The translations under genes and the position numbers were made by a program. DNA of 64,000 nt, taken from assembly GCF_964204645.1 (NCBI RefSeq), contig NC_134030.1, forward strand, positions 12,359,947 to 12,423,946, in the 5' to 3' direction. The stretch's first letter is position 1. Each line of letters opens with the position of its first letter. Below, in pieces: positions 63,300 to 64,000 of this stretch. A model generated the notes under the pieces. The model saw only the letters and a list, made by a program, of their open reading frames with translations, did no database searches and was not told the DNA's origin. The DNA comes from Tubulanus polymorphus (lineage: Eukaryota > Animalia > Nemertea).

Positions 63300-64000
63300 T
63301 TGGGTTTTTAGTACAAAAAGAGACTCTGACTACAATGTTTCTACCTATTTGAAGAAAAAACTCAAGTTAGACACTGACCTACCAGGTCGATTAAGTCAGA
63401 GAAACATTGACGTATCAATATCAATTTAGACTACTCACGATATTGATGATAAACGACAACAAAAATATACGTCCTCCGACGTTTTGGATAGATTTCCTCT
63501 ATCCATCTTCAGAGATTTATCTAAAATGAGTGGACAGCTGGTAATATATAAAATATTACGGCGGAGTTAGCCTTGAAATTTTTTAAAAGTATGGTCGTAC
63601 TTGTGCTTTAGTACGGGTGTGAAATATGGGGTTCCAACATCAGCAGAAATTGGAGAGGAATTCTTTGTCTATGGCGAATTTGGTATTTTTCCTCTTTTCG
63701 TACAATTCCAAATACAAACCATAAAGTACTTGGTAGATACATTGAAAGCTAAGACAAGCAAATCAACTCGACATTTGTACGATGTATAATGCTAGCTGAT
63801 ATACATAGTCAACCACACTTAGTCAATTGGACATCTCAAGTGAGAGACCTTTTATGTAATTTAGGCTACGGCAATGCATGGTATAATCAATCTATCGATA
63901 ATGAATTATGGTTTTTTAGCTCTATTGAGCAACGCATTAAAGACCAGTTTTCACAAAAATGGTATAACTGGATCAATAATTCAAATAAAACTCAATTTTA
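63300..64000 (+). mobile_element. Degenerate LINE ORF2 C-terminal fragment running off the window end
   Basis: YGCEIWG, FFVYGEFGIFPL, VRDLLCNLGYGNAWYNQSIDNELWFFSSIEQRIKDQFSQKW. 5' boundary approximate. Confidence 0.8.

Overview
AT-rich, intron-containing eukaryotic DNA, most likely from a marine invertebrate (lophotrochozoan-like gene and transposon content; taxon is inference). The main feature is a pair of near-identical ~7.14-kb tyrosine-recombinase (YR) retrotransposons in inverted orientation (copy A 8154-15296 minus; copy B 18607-25748 plus). They are DIRS-group, PAT-like elements with split direct repeats (A1...B1-A2...B2), a CCHC gag, a disrupted RT-RNaseH-methyltransferase-like pol and an intact ALOG-domain YR. 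Three things stand out. (1) The element appears to be spliced: one 131-codon exon ends in a phase-0 GTGAGT donor, and gag, pol and YR each begin at a phase-0 CAG|GAY acceptor, predicting three proteins with a shared NLS-bearing N-terminus. (2) The B/A junction is a loxP/dif-like site (15-bp perfect inverted arms, 6-bp spacer). (3) The flanks of the two copies are swapped: a LINE cut at 18606 (+) resumes in frame at 8153 (-), so the 3.3 kb between the copies is inverted, either biologically or through misassembly. Host genes, all on the minus strand, are an ENPP-like first exon, a secreted PAN/Apple+GON protein, a probably GPI-anchored beta-lactamase-family protein, and a collagen-C1q protein with a same-strand nested candidate gene in its 12-kb intron. 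The rest is MITEs, LINE fragments, minisatellites and microsatellites. All alignments and splice models were done by eye.
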